From Erysipelotrichaceae bacterium (GTDB taxonomy: Bacteria; Bacillota_I; Bacilli_A; RFN20; CAG-826), in assembly GCA_015058945.1 (NCBI GenBank), contig SVBF01000007.1:66230-130229 (forward strand): a DNA stretch of 64,000 nt. Reading direction: 5' to 3'. The notes below the pieces were generated by a model. It had not been told where the DNA came from. It saw only the letters and a program-made list of their open reading frames with translations, and did not search any database. Below, piece by piece: positions 8,978-18,164 of this stretch; the first letter of the stretch is position 1, and each line of letters opens with the position of its first letter. A program made the translations under genes and the position numbers.

Positions 8978-11158
8978 TTAATCGTCGTCCTTATCCGAAC
9001 CGGTGGGCTTGTAGTCCTTCAGCTCATCGGCCCAGTTATGGGGTTCGATCTTGCCTTGCTCGAGGCCGTTCTTCTCCATGACGTCGGCAATGAGTTGCTT
9101 CGCGCGGCGGACGGAGAGGTCGCTCTTGACCTTGAAGACGAGCGGGATGTCGCGATAGACGCCCTTATGGCCCGCGTCTTGGACGGGGAGGGTGCTGTTC
9201 TGGTAATCCTTCGGATCGAGGGCGAAGTAGAGCTTGAGGCCCTTGCCGGCGACGGTTAGCTTGACGAAGGTGACCTTGTGGAGGCGGAAGGTGTCGCCCG
9301 AATTGGAGACGCGGGATTTCACGCCGTAGGACATGATCTCGGCCTTGAGTTCGTTATAGTTCGACTTCATCTCCTTGTCCGCTTGGACCATGCGGGTGGG
9401 GAAAGGAATGCGGATGATCTTGTCGTGCGGGGGAAGATTCGGGTTGACCTGGCCGACGACGCGGGGCGCCGGTTCCTCTTCCTCGACGACCTCGGGCTCC
9501 GGTTCAGGTTCGGGTTCGGGCTCGGGCTCGGGTTTCGGTTCGGCCGGCTTCACGATGATGTTGACCACCGGGAGCTGCGGCTCTTCCTTGGGTTCTTCCT
9601 TGGGCTCGGGGTTGGGTTCGGGGTTGGGTTCGGGGCGGACGATGTCGGATTCCTTGAGGACCACGGTGACGGGCGGGACCTTCTCCTCCTTGACGGGGGC
9701 GACGTCCTTGAGTTCGGCGCGGATGACCTCGCGGATGAGGTCGAGGGTCATTTCCTGCTCTTTCTTGGGTTCTTCAGGGGCCTTCTTGGCGAGTTCGGCG
9801 GCGATGATGGAACGGATGTCCTCCGCGGTCAAAGACGGGGACTTCGCGGCTTCCTCCGCTTCCTTGCGGGCAGCGGCTGCGGCTTCCTCACGGGCCTTCT
9901 TGAGCTCTTCCTCACGGGCCTTGGCCGCCTCTTCTTCGGCGGCTTTGCGCTTGGCTTCCTCATCGAGTTCGCGGCGATGGGCCTCGAGCTCGTCACGGAT
10001 CACGGCGCGGACGTCCACAGGTTCCTCGTGGGGCTTTTCTTCCTCGGGGGCTTTGGACTTGGCGAGTTCGGCGGCGATGATGGAACGGATGTCGTCGGCG
10101 GTGAGGGAAGGAGCCGGTTCCTCTTCGACGAGGATCTCGGATTCTTCGGGGGTTTCACCGTCTTCTCCGGTGGAGAGATAACGGCCAAGTTCTTCGGAGA
10201 AGATCTGGCGGACGTCTTCGGCGGAGAGGCCTTTCTCTTCCGGCTTAGGAGTGCTCGGGACATTGACGATGACGGGCTGGTCTTTCTTGGTGCCCATCTC
10301 TTCCTGGACGATCTTGCGGATGTCTTCGGCAGTGAGCGGCTTCTCGCCGGTGATGGCGCCTTGGATTTCGCTCACGGGGACGGCGTTCTTCTTCGCGCCG
10401 GGGGCGGTGGAGACGGGTTCGCCGTTAGAGGCGGGGGCATAGGTGTTGATATATTGGACTAAGAGAGGTCCTTGGATGCCAGGGGCAGCCGGAGGCGGGA
10501 CCATGTCGGCGGCATGACGCTCGGGGTAGCCACCGGAAGCGAGGGCGGCTTCGGCGGCGCGGGCGGAATCCTCGGAGGAGAGGTCTTCGTCATGGATGAC
10601 CATGACTTCGTCGCTATTACGGACATCCTTGGTCGGATACGGGAGCTCGGCGAGCAGACGGAGTTCGCTGATGAGACCGACGAGGAAGAGGATGAAGCCG
10701 ATGAGGAAGAGCAAGGCCGGGATGAAGAAGATCAACACGAGCCACTGCTGTTGCTGGGCGATATAGGCGATGAAGACCTGGTAATAACCGAACGGAAAGT
10801 CGGTGTGCGGGTTGGGAAGGAAGAAGGTCAGGTTGATGAAGAAATAGATCATCGCGATGCCAAGGAGCGCGCCGACGCTGACCCAGGCCGCGGGGCCGTG
10901 TTTCTTACGAATCGCCATGACGATCTGGACGATCAAGAGGATGAGGATGACCGCGCAAAGGCCGATGTTCACATAGGACATGACGCTGAGCGGGTTGAAC
11001 ATGGCGCCGAGCGCGGTGCCGAAGTTCTGGAAGATGTAATCGGAACTATAGAAGCTCTTGAAGTCCTGGAACATGTTGCCCATGAACAGGAATAAGGCGA
11101 AACCGCCCAACATCAAAAGCAAACCGATAATCGATGTGATCGCTACTTTCTTTTTCAT
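8978..11158 (-). CDS. Membrane-anchored repetitive protein (N-terminal TM bundle, Glu/Pro/Lys-rich low-complexity linker with PEPN/PEPE runs, C-terminal globular domain)
   Basis: Start MKKKVAIT is preceded by GGAGGGAG. There are four degenerate L(S/T)A(E/D)D(I/V)RxI repeats, EAAKAREEELKKAREEAAAAARKEAEEAAK helices and (PE)n tracts encoded by GGTTCGGGCTCGGG-type repeats. Long antisense ORFs exist here only because of GC richness and the repeats. Confidence 0.7.
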   Translation of the reverse strand: MKKKVAITSIIGLLLMLGGFALFLFMGNMFQDFKSFYSSDYIFQNFGTALGAMFNPLSVMSYVNIGLCAVILILLIVQIVMAIRKKHGPAAWVSVGALLGIAMIYFFINLTFFLPNPHTDFPFGYYQVFIAYIAQQQQWLVLIFFIPALLFLIGFILFLVGLISELRLLAELPYPTKDVRNSDEVMVIHDEDLSSEDSARAAEAALASGGYPERHAADMVPPPAAPGIQGPLLVQYINTYAPASNGEPVSTAPGAKKNAVPVSEIQGAITGEKPLTAEDIRKIVQEEMGTKKDQPVIVNVPSTPKPEEKGLSAEDVRQIFSEELGRYLSTGEDGETPEESEILVEEEPAPSLTADDIRSIIAAELAKSKAPEEEKPHEEPVDVRAVIRDELEAHRRELDEEAKRKAAEEEAAKAREEELKKAREEAAAAARKEAEEAAKSPSLTAEDIRSIIAAELAKKAPEEPKKEQEMTLDLIREVIRAELKDVAPVKEEKVPPVTVVLKESDIVRPEPNPEPNPEPKEEPKEEPQLPVVNIIVKPAEPKPEPEPEPEPEPEPEVVEEEEPAPRVVGQVNPNLPPHDKIIRIPFPTRMVQADKEMKSNYNELKAEIMSYGVKSRVSNSGDTFRLHKVTFVKLTVAGKGLKLYFALDPKDYQNSTLPVQDAGHKGVYRDIPLVFKVKSDLSVRRAKQLIADVMEKNGLEQGKIEPHNWADELKDYKPTGSDKDDD

Positions 11159-11261
11159 TTTGCTCCCTCCGCAAAAAGTTCGTTGATTTAGTGTAATACA
11201 TGCTCGCGTGCGTTGCAACTAAGGAAAATATTGCAAAACCCCGCTATTTATCCCGCTTCGC

Positions 11262-12137
11262 CTATTTTTTCGCGCAGAAAATGCGCAAACCGGAATCCAT
11301 TGCCTGAATATGGACGTTACCCATCGGCCCCTTCTCCCCGTCGAGGTCCCAAGGAAGGGGGTATTCGACCTCGATCTTGAAGTCGCTGGCGATGATTTTG
11401 ACGGTGCGCATCTTGAACAAAAGATAATGCAGCAAACCGTTGAAGATGCCGGGTTTGGTCAAAAAGAGCTCGAATTTCCCATCGTGGATGCTGGAGCTGC
11501 CCAAATTGATGGGGAAACCGCCCACGTTCTTGCCGTTAAGACAGAGAATAAAAGGGGTGAAGACATCGTAATCGACCCCATCGGCGACGATGTGGGTATG
11601 GATTTTCTTGGGCGCGAAGGCCTCCCCCACCGCCCGGAAATAATAGGCGATCCTGCCGATGCGCTTCTTGTATTTGCGCGGGGTGACATAAGGGATGTCC
11701 GCAAAGGCTCCGATCGCGGCGACATAGGTGAAGTAATCGTCGTTGATCTTGCCCATGTCAAAACCGCAGGAATGCCCTTCCTCGATGATCTTGAGGGCGC
11801 GGCGAAATGAGCCGTGGATGCCGAAATTGCGTCCCACGTCGCATACCGTGCCGCCATTGATGTAGCCTAGCGTCGGCGCGTTTTCCCTACCGATCAACGA
11901 GGCGGCGATATGGTTGAACGTGCCATCCCCGCCGGAAAAGATCAAGGCGTCATAAACGCCGCAGGCCTTTTGGGCCCGCTCGACGCCATCCTCCATCGAG
12001 GAGGTGAGGACGACGTCAAGGGAATCAAAGCAACGGGAAAGGCGCGACTTCACCTCGTCGATGTGACGGTTCACCACGCCGGTGCCCGTCGCCTCGCTAT
12101 AAAGGAATAACGCTCTCCCCCGTCCCATGTTGATCAC
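11262..12137 (-). CDS. Diacylglycerol/lipid kinase family protein (DAGK_cat, YegS/DgkB-like)
   Basis: The SGGDGTFNHIA catalytic motif. Confidence 0.75.
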   Translation of the reverse strand: MINMGRGRALFLYSEATGTGVVNRHIDEVKSRLSRCFDSLDVVLTSSMEDGVERAQKACGVYDALIFSGGDGTFNHIAASLIGRENAPTLGYINGGTVCDVGRNFGIHGSFRRALKIIEEGHSCGFDMGKINDDYFTYVAAIGAFADIPYVTPRKYKKRIGRIAYYFRAVGEAFAPKKIHTHIVADGVDYDVFTPFILCLNGKNVGGFPINLGSSSIHDGKFELFLTKPGIFNGLLHYLLFKMRTVKIIASDFKIEVEYPLPWDLDGEKGPMGNVHIQAMDSGLRIFCAKK

Positions 12138-12637
12138 TTGATGCGTTCGGGTTCGATCGCCTCTTCGCCCACGAGTTCCGCCTTAAGGATGCGCACGGGC
12201 GTGACGGGACGGTCGCGACGGTCGGTTTTGGAACTCGCGATACGGTCGACGACCTCCATGCCTTCGACGACTTTGCCAAAGGCGGCGTATTGGCCGTCGA
12301 GGAAACGGTCGTCCGCGTCGCAGATGAAGAATTGGCTGCCGGCGGAATCGAAGGCCTGCGAACGGGCCATGGAGATGACCCCGCGGTCATGATGCAACGG
12401 ATTGTTGAAGCCGTTGACCTTGAATTCGCCCTTGATGGCATAGCCGGGACCGCCGATGCCGATGCCCTCGGGGTCGCCGCCTTGGATCATGAAGCCCTTG
12501 ATGACGCGGTGGAAGATGAGCCCGTCGTAGAAGCCTTGGCTCACGAGATAGGCGAAGTTCCTCGCGCTATTGGGCGCGGCTTCGTAATCGAGTTCGATCT
12601 TGATGTCGCCCAGGTTTTCGATGTGTAAGATGACCAT
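12134..12637 (-). CDS. ppiB: Peptidyl-prolyl cis-trans isomerase, cyclophilin type
   Basis: HRVIKGFMIQGGDP...FFICDADDRFLDGQYAAFGKVVEGMEVV. Confidence 0.85.
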   Translation of the reverse strand: MVILHIENLGDIKIELDYEAAPNSARNFAYLVSQGFYDGLIFHRVIKGFMIQGGDPEGIGIGGPGYAIKGEFKVNGFNNPLHHDRGVISMARSQAFDSAGSQFFICDADDRFLDGQYAAFGKVVEGMEVVDRIASSKTDRRDRPVTPVRILKAELVGEEAIEPERIK

Positions 12638-12665
12638 GTTGTTCTCCTATTGGATCTAGATAAGT

Positions 12666-13679
12666 CTACTCTAAGTAGTCGATGATGAGGTTTTCGTTTT
12701 CGTAGGACACCTTCGCCTTCGCGCCGGTCTTGATCGGCATGGAGGGGGAAAGATGGCCGAGGTCGACGTCCATTAAGATCGGGACGCCGAGTCCGCCGAG
12801 CATGTCGGTCGCGGCGTTGAAGCGGTCGACCCCGAGGATCTCCTCCCGCCCGGAAAGCGCCCGGCCGATGAGGAAGCCCTTCGCGTTATCGAACCATCCC
12901 GCTTCGCGTAGCTCGAAATAGGCGCGGCGGATGGCTAAGGCGTTCAGGTCGCAGGCCTCGAGGAACCATATCGTGCCCTCGGGGTGGTCGCGGTTCCATT
13001 TTTTCACCTGGTCGAAGCGCGTGCCACAGAGGTTAGCCAGGCAATCCAGACACCCGCCGAGCAACGTGCCCTCGAACGGTCCCTCGTATTGATGCGAGAC
13101 GATGATCTTGGGTTGGCTTAACCGATATCCCCATAAGGGGTGTTCCTCGTTACGGCGCGAGATGGACCACTTGGGGTAGCCCTCGAAATGGGTTTCGCCA
13201 TGAAGCATCCGCATCGCGTCCTTTTCGCTGAGGCGCCACTTCTTTTGGAAGAATTGCCCCGCGCAGGGACCATAGATCGCCATCATGTTCGCCAGAGTCG
13301 GCAATAGGAAAGTCAAATTGGTGTTGTCCGAAAAGCCCATGAACCATTTGGGCTCACCCTTTTTCAGGGCCTCGAAGTCGAGGTAAGGGAGCATCTCGCA
13401 CATCGTCTCTCCCCCGCCGACGGAAAGAATAAGCTTTGCTTCGGAGGCGAAGGCGTCTTGGATTTCCTTGGCCCTTTCTTCGCCCGAAGCGGAGCAGGCC
13501 ACGCCATCTGCGCGACGGATGTTCGGCCCTTCCTCCACGCGATATCCGGCTTTCCTTAGCCTAGCGATGGAAACGTCGAGGCGCGTCAGATAGGGTTCGA
13601 TCACGCAGCCAAAAGACGGCGCGACGAGGGTGATCAGGTCACCATCTTTAAGGAACTTGGGTTGTCTCATGGGAAACAC
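12666..13679 (-). CDS. LD-carboxypeptidase (peptidase S66, LdcA/MccF-like)
   Basis: GDLITLVAPSFG...GFSDNTNL, the S66 family signature. Confidence 0.7.
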   Translation of the reverse strand: MFPMRQPKFLKDGDLITLVAPSFGCVIEPYLTRLDVSIARLRKAGYRVEEGPNIRRADGVACSASGEERAKEIQDAFASEAKLILSVGGGETMCEMLPYLDFEALKKGEPKWFMGFSDNTNLTFLLPTLANMMAIYGPCAGQFFQKKWRLSEKDAMRMLHGETHFEGYPKWSISRRNEEHPLWGYRLSQPKIIVSHQYEGPFEGTLLGGCLDCLANLCGTRFDQVKKWNRDHPEGTIWFLEACDLNALAIRRAYFELREAGWFDNAKGFLIGRALSGREEILGVDRFNAATDMLGGLGVPILMDVDLGHLSPSMPIKTGAKAKVSYENENLIIDYLE

Positions 13680-13689
13680 GATACCACAC

Positions 13690-13731
13690 TTTGGGTTTTT
13701 AGAAAGACAAAGCCCCCGCTTTCGCGAGGGC
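13690..13731 (-). terminator. Rho-independent terminator downstream of tRNA-Glu(CTC)
   Basis: GCCCTCGCGAAAGCGGGGGC hairpin followed by TTTGTCTTTCT in the minus sense. Confidence 0.55.
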
Positions 13732-13744
13732 TCAAGTCACCATT

Positions 13745-13819
13745 TGGTGACCCCAACAGGAGTCGAACCTGTCATTGAACCTTGAGAGGGTTCCGTCTTA
13801 ACCGATTGACCATGGGGCC
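13745..13819 (-). tRNA. tRNA-Glu (anticodon CTC)
   Basis: RC reads GGCCCCA-TG-GTCAATCGGTTAAGAC-G-GAACC-CTCTCAA-GGTTC-AATGA-CAGG-TTCGACT-CCTGT-TGGGGTC-A-CCA. It lies immediately 3' of gltX. Confidence 0.75.
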
Positions 13820-13872
13820 GAATTCGGGCGAGCACTATTTAAGCACGCGCCCAAAGATGTGGCAAATGTTTT

Positions 13873-15534
13873 TTATAGGGAGGCGATGACTTTGGCTAAG
13901 CGCGCGTCCGTTTTCGCCTTGCCGAGGATCTCCAAGATCTCGTGGAGGTTCGGGGATTGGTTGGAGCCCACCACCGCGACGCGGAGAAGTTCGGCGCAGT
14001 CGGAGACCGATCCGACGAAGGCGGAGGGGTTCTCCTTATATTCCTTATTGGATAAGGCGAAGCCGTGGGCGCCGCCGATGGATTTGATGGATTCGAACCA
14101 CGTCGGCTCATCGACGCCGAAGGGCATCTTCTCCCTCACGTCGGAGAGGAAGGCCTTGATGAGGTCGTGCCCCACTCCCTCCTTGAAGGGAAGGCCACCG
14201 GAAAGGATCTGGTCATATTCCTCGTCGAAGAAGAAACGGATGAGGGGATAGATGTCGCCGTACTTCGCGTAGTCCTTGCGCGGGTTCTTGCGGTCCTTCT
14301 CGATGTTGAGGATCGCCTTGAGGTAAGCCGGGTCGGCCTTGATGGCCGCATCGAGCTTCGGATCATAGGCGGAAGCATAGGCGCGAACCTGCTCGAACTC
14401 CTTGTCCAAAGGCATCCTGGCGATCAACTCCTTGGAGAAATAGTTGAGCTTATCCTGGTCGAAGAGCGCGCCTTCGAGGGCGATCTTCTTGATGGAGAAG
14501 GGGAACTTCGCGAGGTCGAAGGACTTGTTGGCGATGGTCCACTCCTCGAAGTTGGAGTTGGCGATGGACATGAGATAGACCAATAGCGACTCCGTCGGAT
14601 AGCCTTGCTCCAAGAAGAAGCTCACGGCGGCCTCGGGGTCCTTGCGCTTGGAGAGTTTGCGCTTGTTGCCGTGGTCGAGCTTCATGATCGACGGAATATG
14701 GGCGTATTTGGGCGCCTTCCAACCGAGGGCGCGGAACATGTCGAGGTGGATCGGGGTGGAGGGGATCCATTCCTCGCCGCGGGAGATGAGGGTCGTGCGC
14801 ATGAAGTGGTCGTCGCAGACGTGGGCGAAGTGATAGGTCGGGAGGCCATCGGACTTCAGGATGACGACGTCGGTGTCATTGTCCTGCAACTCGATCTCGC
14901 CGCGGATCGCGTCGACGAACTTGGTTTTGCGCTCATGGTCGCCGTTGCTATAGAAGCGGATGACCCAAGGGACGCCGGATTTGATACGGGCGACGCGCTC
15001 TTCGTTAGAGAGGTTGCGGTCGCGGGCGTAGACGCCGTAATAGCCGGGGAGCACCTTGCTCTCCTCCTGCGCCTTGCGGATGGCATCGAGGTCCTCCGGG
15101 GTGCAGAAGTCGGGATAGGCCCTGCCGCGGATGATGAGCTCCTTGATGACGGTCTTGTAGATCTCGGCGCGGGCGGACTGCTTATAAGGTCCGTAGGCAC
15201 CTTTGTCACCCTCGGGGAAATAGCCTTCGTCGGCGATGATGCCAAAGTGGGCGAGCTGGTCGATGAGGTCGCGCTCGCTGCCGGCGATGGTGCGCTTGGT
15301 GTCGGTGTCCTCCAAACGGAAGAAATAGACGCCGCCGCTCTTCTTCGCGGTCATGTAGGAAATCATGGACGTGAAGAGGCTGCCGGTGTGGAGAAAGCCC
15401 GTCGGGGATGGGGCGAAACGGGTGACCTGCGCCCCTTCGGGAAGATTCCTTAAGGGATAGCGGGCCTCCAAGTCCGCGATCGTGGTTTTTATTTCCGGGA
15501 ACAACAGTTCCGCGAGTTCTTCGTTACTGACCAT
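13873..15534 (-). CDS. gltX: Glutamate--tRNA ligase
   Basis: Class I HIGH-like PSPTGFLHTGSL and KLSKRK motifs, 553 aa. Confidence 0.85.
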   Translation of the reverse strand: MVSNEELAELLFPEIKTTIADLEARYPLRNLPEGAQVTRFAPSPTGFLHTGSLFTSMISYMTAKKSGGVYFFRLEDTDTKRTIAGSERDLIDQLAHFGIIADEGYFPEGDKGAYGPYKQSARAEIYKTVIKELIIRGRAYPDFCTPEDLDAIRKAQEESKVLPGYYGVYARDRNLSNEERVARIKSGVPWVIRFYSNGDHERKTKFVDAIRGEIELQDNDTDVVILKSDGLPTYHFAHVCDDHFMRTTLISRGEEWIPSTPIHLDMFRALGWKAPKYAHIPSIMKLDHGNKRKLSKRKDPEAAVSFFLEQGYPTESLLVYLMSIANSNFEEWTIANKSFDLAKFPFSIKKIALEGALFDQDKLNYFSKELIARMPLDKEFEQVRAYASAYDPKLDAAIKADPAYLKAILNIEKDRKNPRKDYAKYGDIYPLIRFFFDEEYDQILSGGLPFKEGVGHDLIKAFLSDVREKMPFGVDEPTWFESIKSIGGAHGFALSNKEYKENPSAFVGSVSDCAELLRVAVVGSNQSPNLHEILEILGKAKTDARLAKVIASL

Positions 15535-15592
15535 GGGAGTACCTCTTTTTTATGGCGCAGGAATTATAGCGAGCGCAAAAAGAAACTTCCAC

Positions 15593-15622
15593 TTGATTAG
15601 GGGAAATTATCGGCTCTATAAT
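15593..15622 (+). promoter_or_regulatory. Sigma-70-type promoter for tRNA-Gly (TTGATT -35, 18 nt spacer, TATAAT -10)
   Basis: TTGATTaggggaaattatcggctcTATAAT ending about 20 nt before the tRNA 5' end. Confidence 0.6.
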
Positions 15623-15643
15623 ATGCAAGCCCTCAGGGGTCAT

Positions 15644-15717
15644 GCAGGTGTAGTTCAATGGTAGAACATTACCTTGCCAAGGTAAATACGCGGGTCCGAT
15701 TCCCGTCACTTGCTCCA
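15644..15717 (+). tRNA. tRNA-Gly (anticodon GCC)
   Basis: GCAGGTG-TA-GTTCAATGGTAGAAC-A-TTACC-TTGCCAA-GGTAA-ATAC-GCGGG-TCCGATT-CCCGT-CACTTGC-T-CCA. Confidence 0.85.
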
Positions 15718-15729
15718 GAAAGCAAAGCA

Positions 15730-15758
15730 AAAAGCCCGGATGATTCCGAGCTTTTTTC
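15730..15758. terminator. Bidirectional terminator (AGCCCGGATGATTCCGAGCT + T6)
   Basis: Hairpin with one bulge followed by TTTTTT; it serves tRNA-Gly (+) and the 3' end of the membrane-protein gene (-). Confidence 0.5.
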
Positions 15759-16785
15759 ATTCTTGGCCGTGGTCTTCCTCGTAGGAATGAAGCGCGTCCT
15801 CCGAGGTCTTAAGCGCCTGGCGCAACCCCTCGAGGTAATCCTCGTCATAGCGGGGATCCTTGGCCGCCATGGCGAGCAACTCCTTCGTCACCGCGACCTG
15901 GTTTTTGTAGAAATAGACCTTCCGCAATAGAAAGAAGGACTTCGTGAGCACCCCAAACCAGGGGAGATAGGCGGCGAAGACGAGGCTCATCACGGCGAGT
16001 CCCACGCTACAGGCGATCGCGTAATCGACCGTGAATAGGAAGCTCACCCCCGCCCCAAGCGCATAGCCTAAGGGCACGGCGAAGAACATGCCATAGGTCC
16101 GTTTGAAGATTAGCGGCATATATTCTTTCTTCGCCAAGGCGAAATAACGGTTGTAGTAAAAGGTCGCGAAGCCTCCCGGCTGCTCCCCCATCACCAAGAT
16201 CAGCGACGGGCGCAAACTATAACGCACGAGCCACCACAAAAACGTGCAGAAAGCCGCCCCCACCCCAACGCAAAGCGAGACGGACATATAGCGCAATAAA
16301 GGCACCGAGGCGTCCAAGATCGCGTAAGCCCCCTCGACGTCGCCGGCAAGATAGGCGTCGGCAACCCTAGCGTAGTCACTTTGGAAGAGTGGGTCGACCG
16401 CGTTAGCGACGAGCCCATACACCAGCAAACAAAGCGCAAGGCCGATGAAAAAAGAGCCGATCGACTTGGCCAAATTGACGAAGACGCGGAAACAACCGAA
16501 AAACGGCGGCCGGAAATAGGCGCCGTATTGCTTTAAGGTCAACCGATGGCTCGGCGTGACGCTTTTCTCGGCGTAGACGTCCGCGATGGCGATGAAACCG
16601 AAATAAAACGGCAACGCGAAGAGACAAAAGGCGAGCACCCCTACCGCGACCGAGACCAGGCATAAGGCAGAGCAGATCAAGCAGAGCAGGAAAAAGGCAA
16701 AGGAAAGGGCGACGTACTTACCGCCGCCTTCCTTCAAGGTTTTCCTCGCGGTGACGACCACCGCTTCTTCCTTAGCCGCGCGCAT
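15757..16785 (-). CDS. Polytopic membrane protein of unknown function
   Basis: 342 aa with multiple hydrophobic helices and no recognizable catalytic motif. Confidence 0.55.
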   Translation of the reverse strand: MRAAKEEAVVVTARKTLKEGGGKYVALSFAFFLLCLICSALCLVSVAVGVLAFCLFALPFYFGFIAIADVYAEKSVTPSHRLTLKQYGAYFRPPFFGCFRVFVNLAKSIGSFFIGLALCLLVYGLVANAVDPLFQSDYARVADAYLAGDVEGAYAILDASVPLLRYMSVSLCVGVGAAFCTFLWWLVRYSLRPSLILVMGEQPGGFATFYYNRYFALAKKEYMPLIFKRTYGMFFAVPLGYALGAGVSFLFTVDYAIACSVGLAVMSLVFAAYLPWFGVLTKSFFLLRKVYFYKNQVAVTKELLAMAAKDPRYDEDYLEGLRQALKTSEDALHSYEEDHGQE

Positions 16786-17398
16786 GGGTCTGGTTGAGCT
16801 CGGCGAAGTCGCGCGCCGCCACGGCGATGTCGCGCGGGTCGAGCGGATCCTCCGGTCCCGATTCGAGTTCCTCGATGAGCTTCGGGAAATCCTTCAGCGA
16901 GGAGACGTAATTGTCATGCCCCTTCGGCTGATAAGGGGTCCAATAGCAGTCGTCGTTTACGAGGACGATCGAGATGAACATGCTCTCGTCGATCCCCGAC
17001 ATCAGGGAAAGACGCTGCACCCTGAGGCGGTTGGTGACCAAGGGATTAGGGACGTAACGCCCGGCGTTCTTATGGAAGAAGATCCAGGAAGGATTGTCCT
17101 CCTTCGTCGCCAAGGCGCCGTCATAGTAACGGTCGCGGATGCAATAGAAGAACTTGTTGCCGATGAGGATGTGGTCGATGTGGAACTCCTCCTGCTCCGC
17201 GGTGCGGTTGCTGAAGCGATTGATCAGGTAGAAGTCGTTATCCAGGGCGACCCGGTATACCTTACGGTAATACATGCGCACCGTGTGATGGGCGCAGAGG
17301 TAGCGTTTCACCGGCCCATAGAGGAAGAGAAACAAAAACGCCAAGCCCGCGGTCATCGCGGCGACGATGAAAAGCGTAAGCTCGACGTTATAGGGCAT
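16772..17398 (-). CDS. NERD domain protein with N-terminal TM helix
   Basis: HIDHILIGNKFFYCIRDRYYDG matches the nuclease-related domain core. Confidence 0.6.
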   Translation of the reverse strand: MPYNVELTLFIVAAMTAGLAFLFLFLYGPVKRYLCAHHTVRMYYRKVYRVALDNDFYLINRFSNRTAEQEEFHIDHILIGNKFFYCIRDRYYDGALATKEDNPSWIFFHKNAGRYVPNPLVTNRLRVQRLSLMSGIDESMFISIVLVNDDCYWTPYQPKGHDNYVSSLKDFPKLIEELESGPEDPLDPRDIAVAARDFAELNQTHARG

Positions 17399-17400
17399 TC

Positions 17401-18120
17401 TTAGCAGAATCTTTCCGCGGCGGTGATGGCCACCTCGATCATCTCGGTGAGGCCGGTCTGACGCTGCTCGGGGGTGAGTTGCCCCTCATCGACGAACGAA
17501 TCCGAGATGGTCAAAAGGCAAAGCGCGCGCTTGCCCGCCAAGGCGGCGTTGACGTAGAGGGAATAGGCCTCCATCTCGACGGCGAGGATGCCGAGCTTCG
17601 CCCAGCGTTTCCACACCTCTTTGTCGAAGTTATAGAAGAGGTCGGCGGAAAGGACGTTGCCGGCGTGGGCGGTGATTCCCCTTTCCTTCGCCGCCTCATA
17701 GGCGCCATACATCAAGTCGAAGTCGGCGCAGGAAGAAAGGGTCGCGCCGTTGAGGCTGAACTGGTTCGGCCAGCTCGATTCGGTCGAGGCGGCCTCGGCC
17801 AAGACGATGTCGCCGAGTTTGACTTTGGTATTGTAGCTTCCCGCGGTGCCGATGCGGATGATCGCCTCGACGCCATAATGCTTGAAGAGCTCGTGGGAAT
17901 AGATGCCGATCGAAGGCATGCCCATGCCGCTCGCCATGACGGAGATGCGCTTGCCGGACTTGGTGAAACCGGTGTAGCCGTTGATGCCGCGGACGGAGTT
18001 GACGAGCTTGGCGTCTTTGAGGAACGTCTCCGCGATCCATTTGGCGCGGAGCGGGTCTCCGGGCATGAGGACGACTTTGGCGAAGTCGCCGTTGACGGCG
18101 TTATTGTGTGGGGTGGGCAT
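17401..18120 (-). CDS. deoD: Purine nucleoside phosphorylase, DeoD type
   Basis: GDFAKVVLMPGDPLRAKWIAETFL...SVMASGMGMPS, a close match to E. coli DeoD. Confidence 0.9.
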   Translation of the reverse strand: MPTPHNNAVNGDFAKVVLMPGDPLRAKWIAETFLKDAKLVNSVRGINGYTGFTKSGKRISVMASGMGMPSIGIYSHELFKHYGVEAIIRIGTAGSYNTKVKLGDIVLAEAASTESSWPNQFSLNGATLSSCADFDLMYGAYEAAKERGITAHAGNVLSADLFYNFDKEVWKRWAKLGILAVEMEAYSLYVNAALAGKRALCLLTISDSFVDEGQLTPEQRQTGLTEMIEVAITAAERFC

Positions 18121-18164
18121 GATAAATCCTCCTACTGATCTAGGGCTATTCTACTCTTATTCCG

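Noticed and set aside
9038-11095. Long plus-strand ORFs (394, 268 and 207 aa) antisense to the repeat-protein gene
   Set aside because: They are low-complexity Gly/Arg/Asp/Leu-rich translations of the GC-rich, repetitive sense gene. They have no RBS or motifs and are artefacts of composition.
15535-15643. Possible T-box leader upstream of gltX
   Set aside because: Only about 100 nt lie between gltX and the divergent tRNA-Gly promoter. There are no specifier or T-box sequence features, just a simple promoter.
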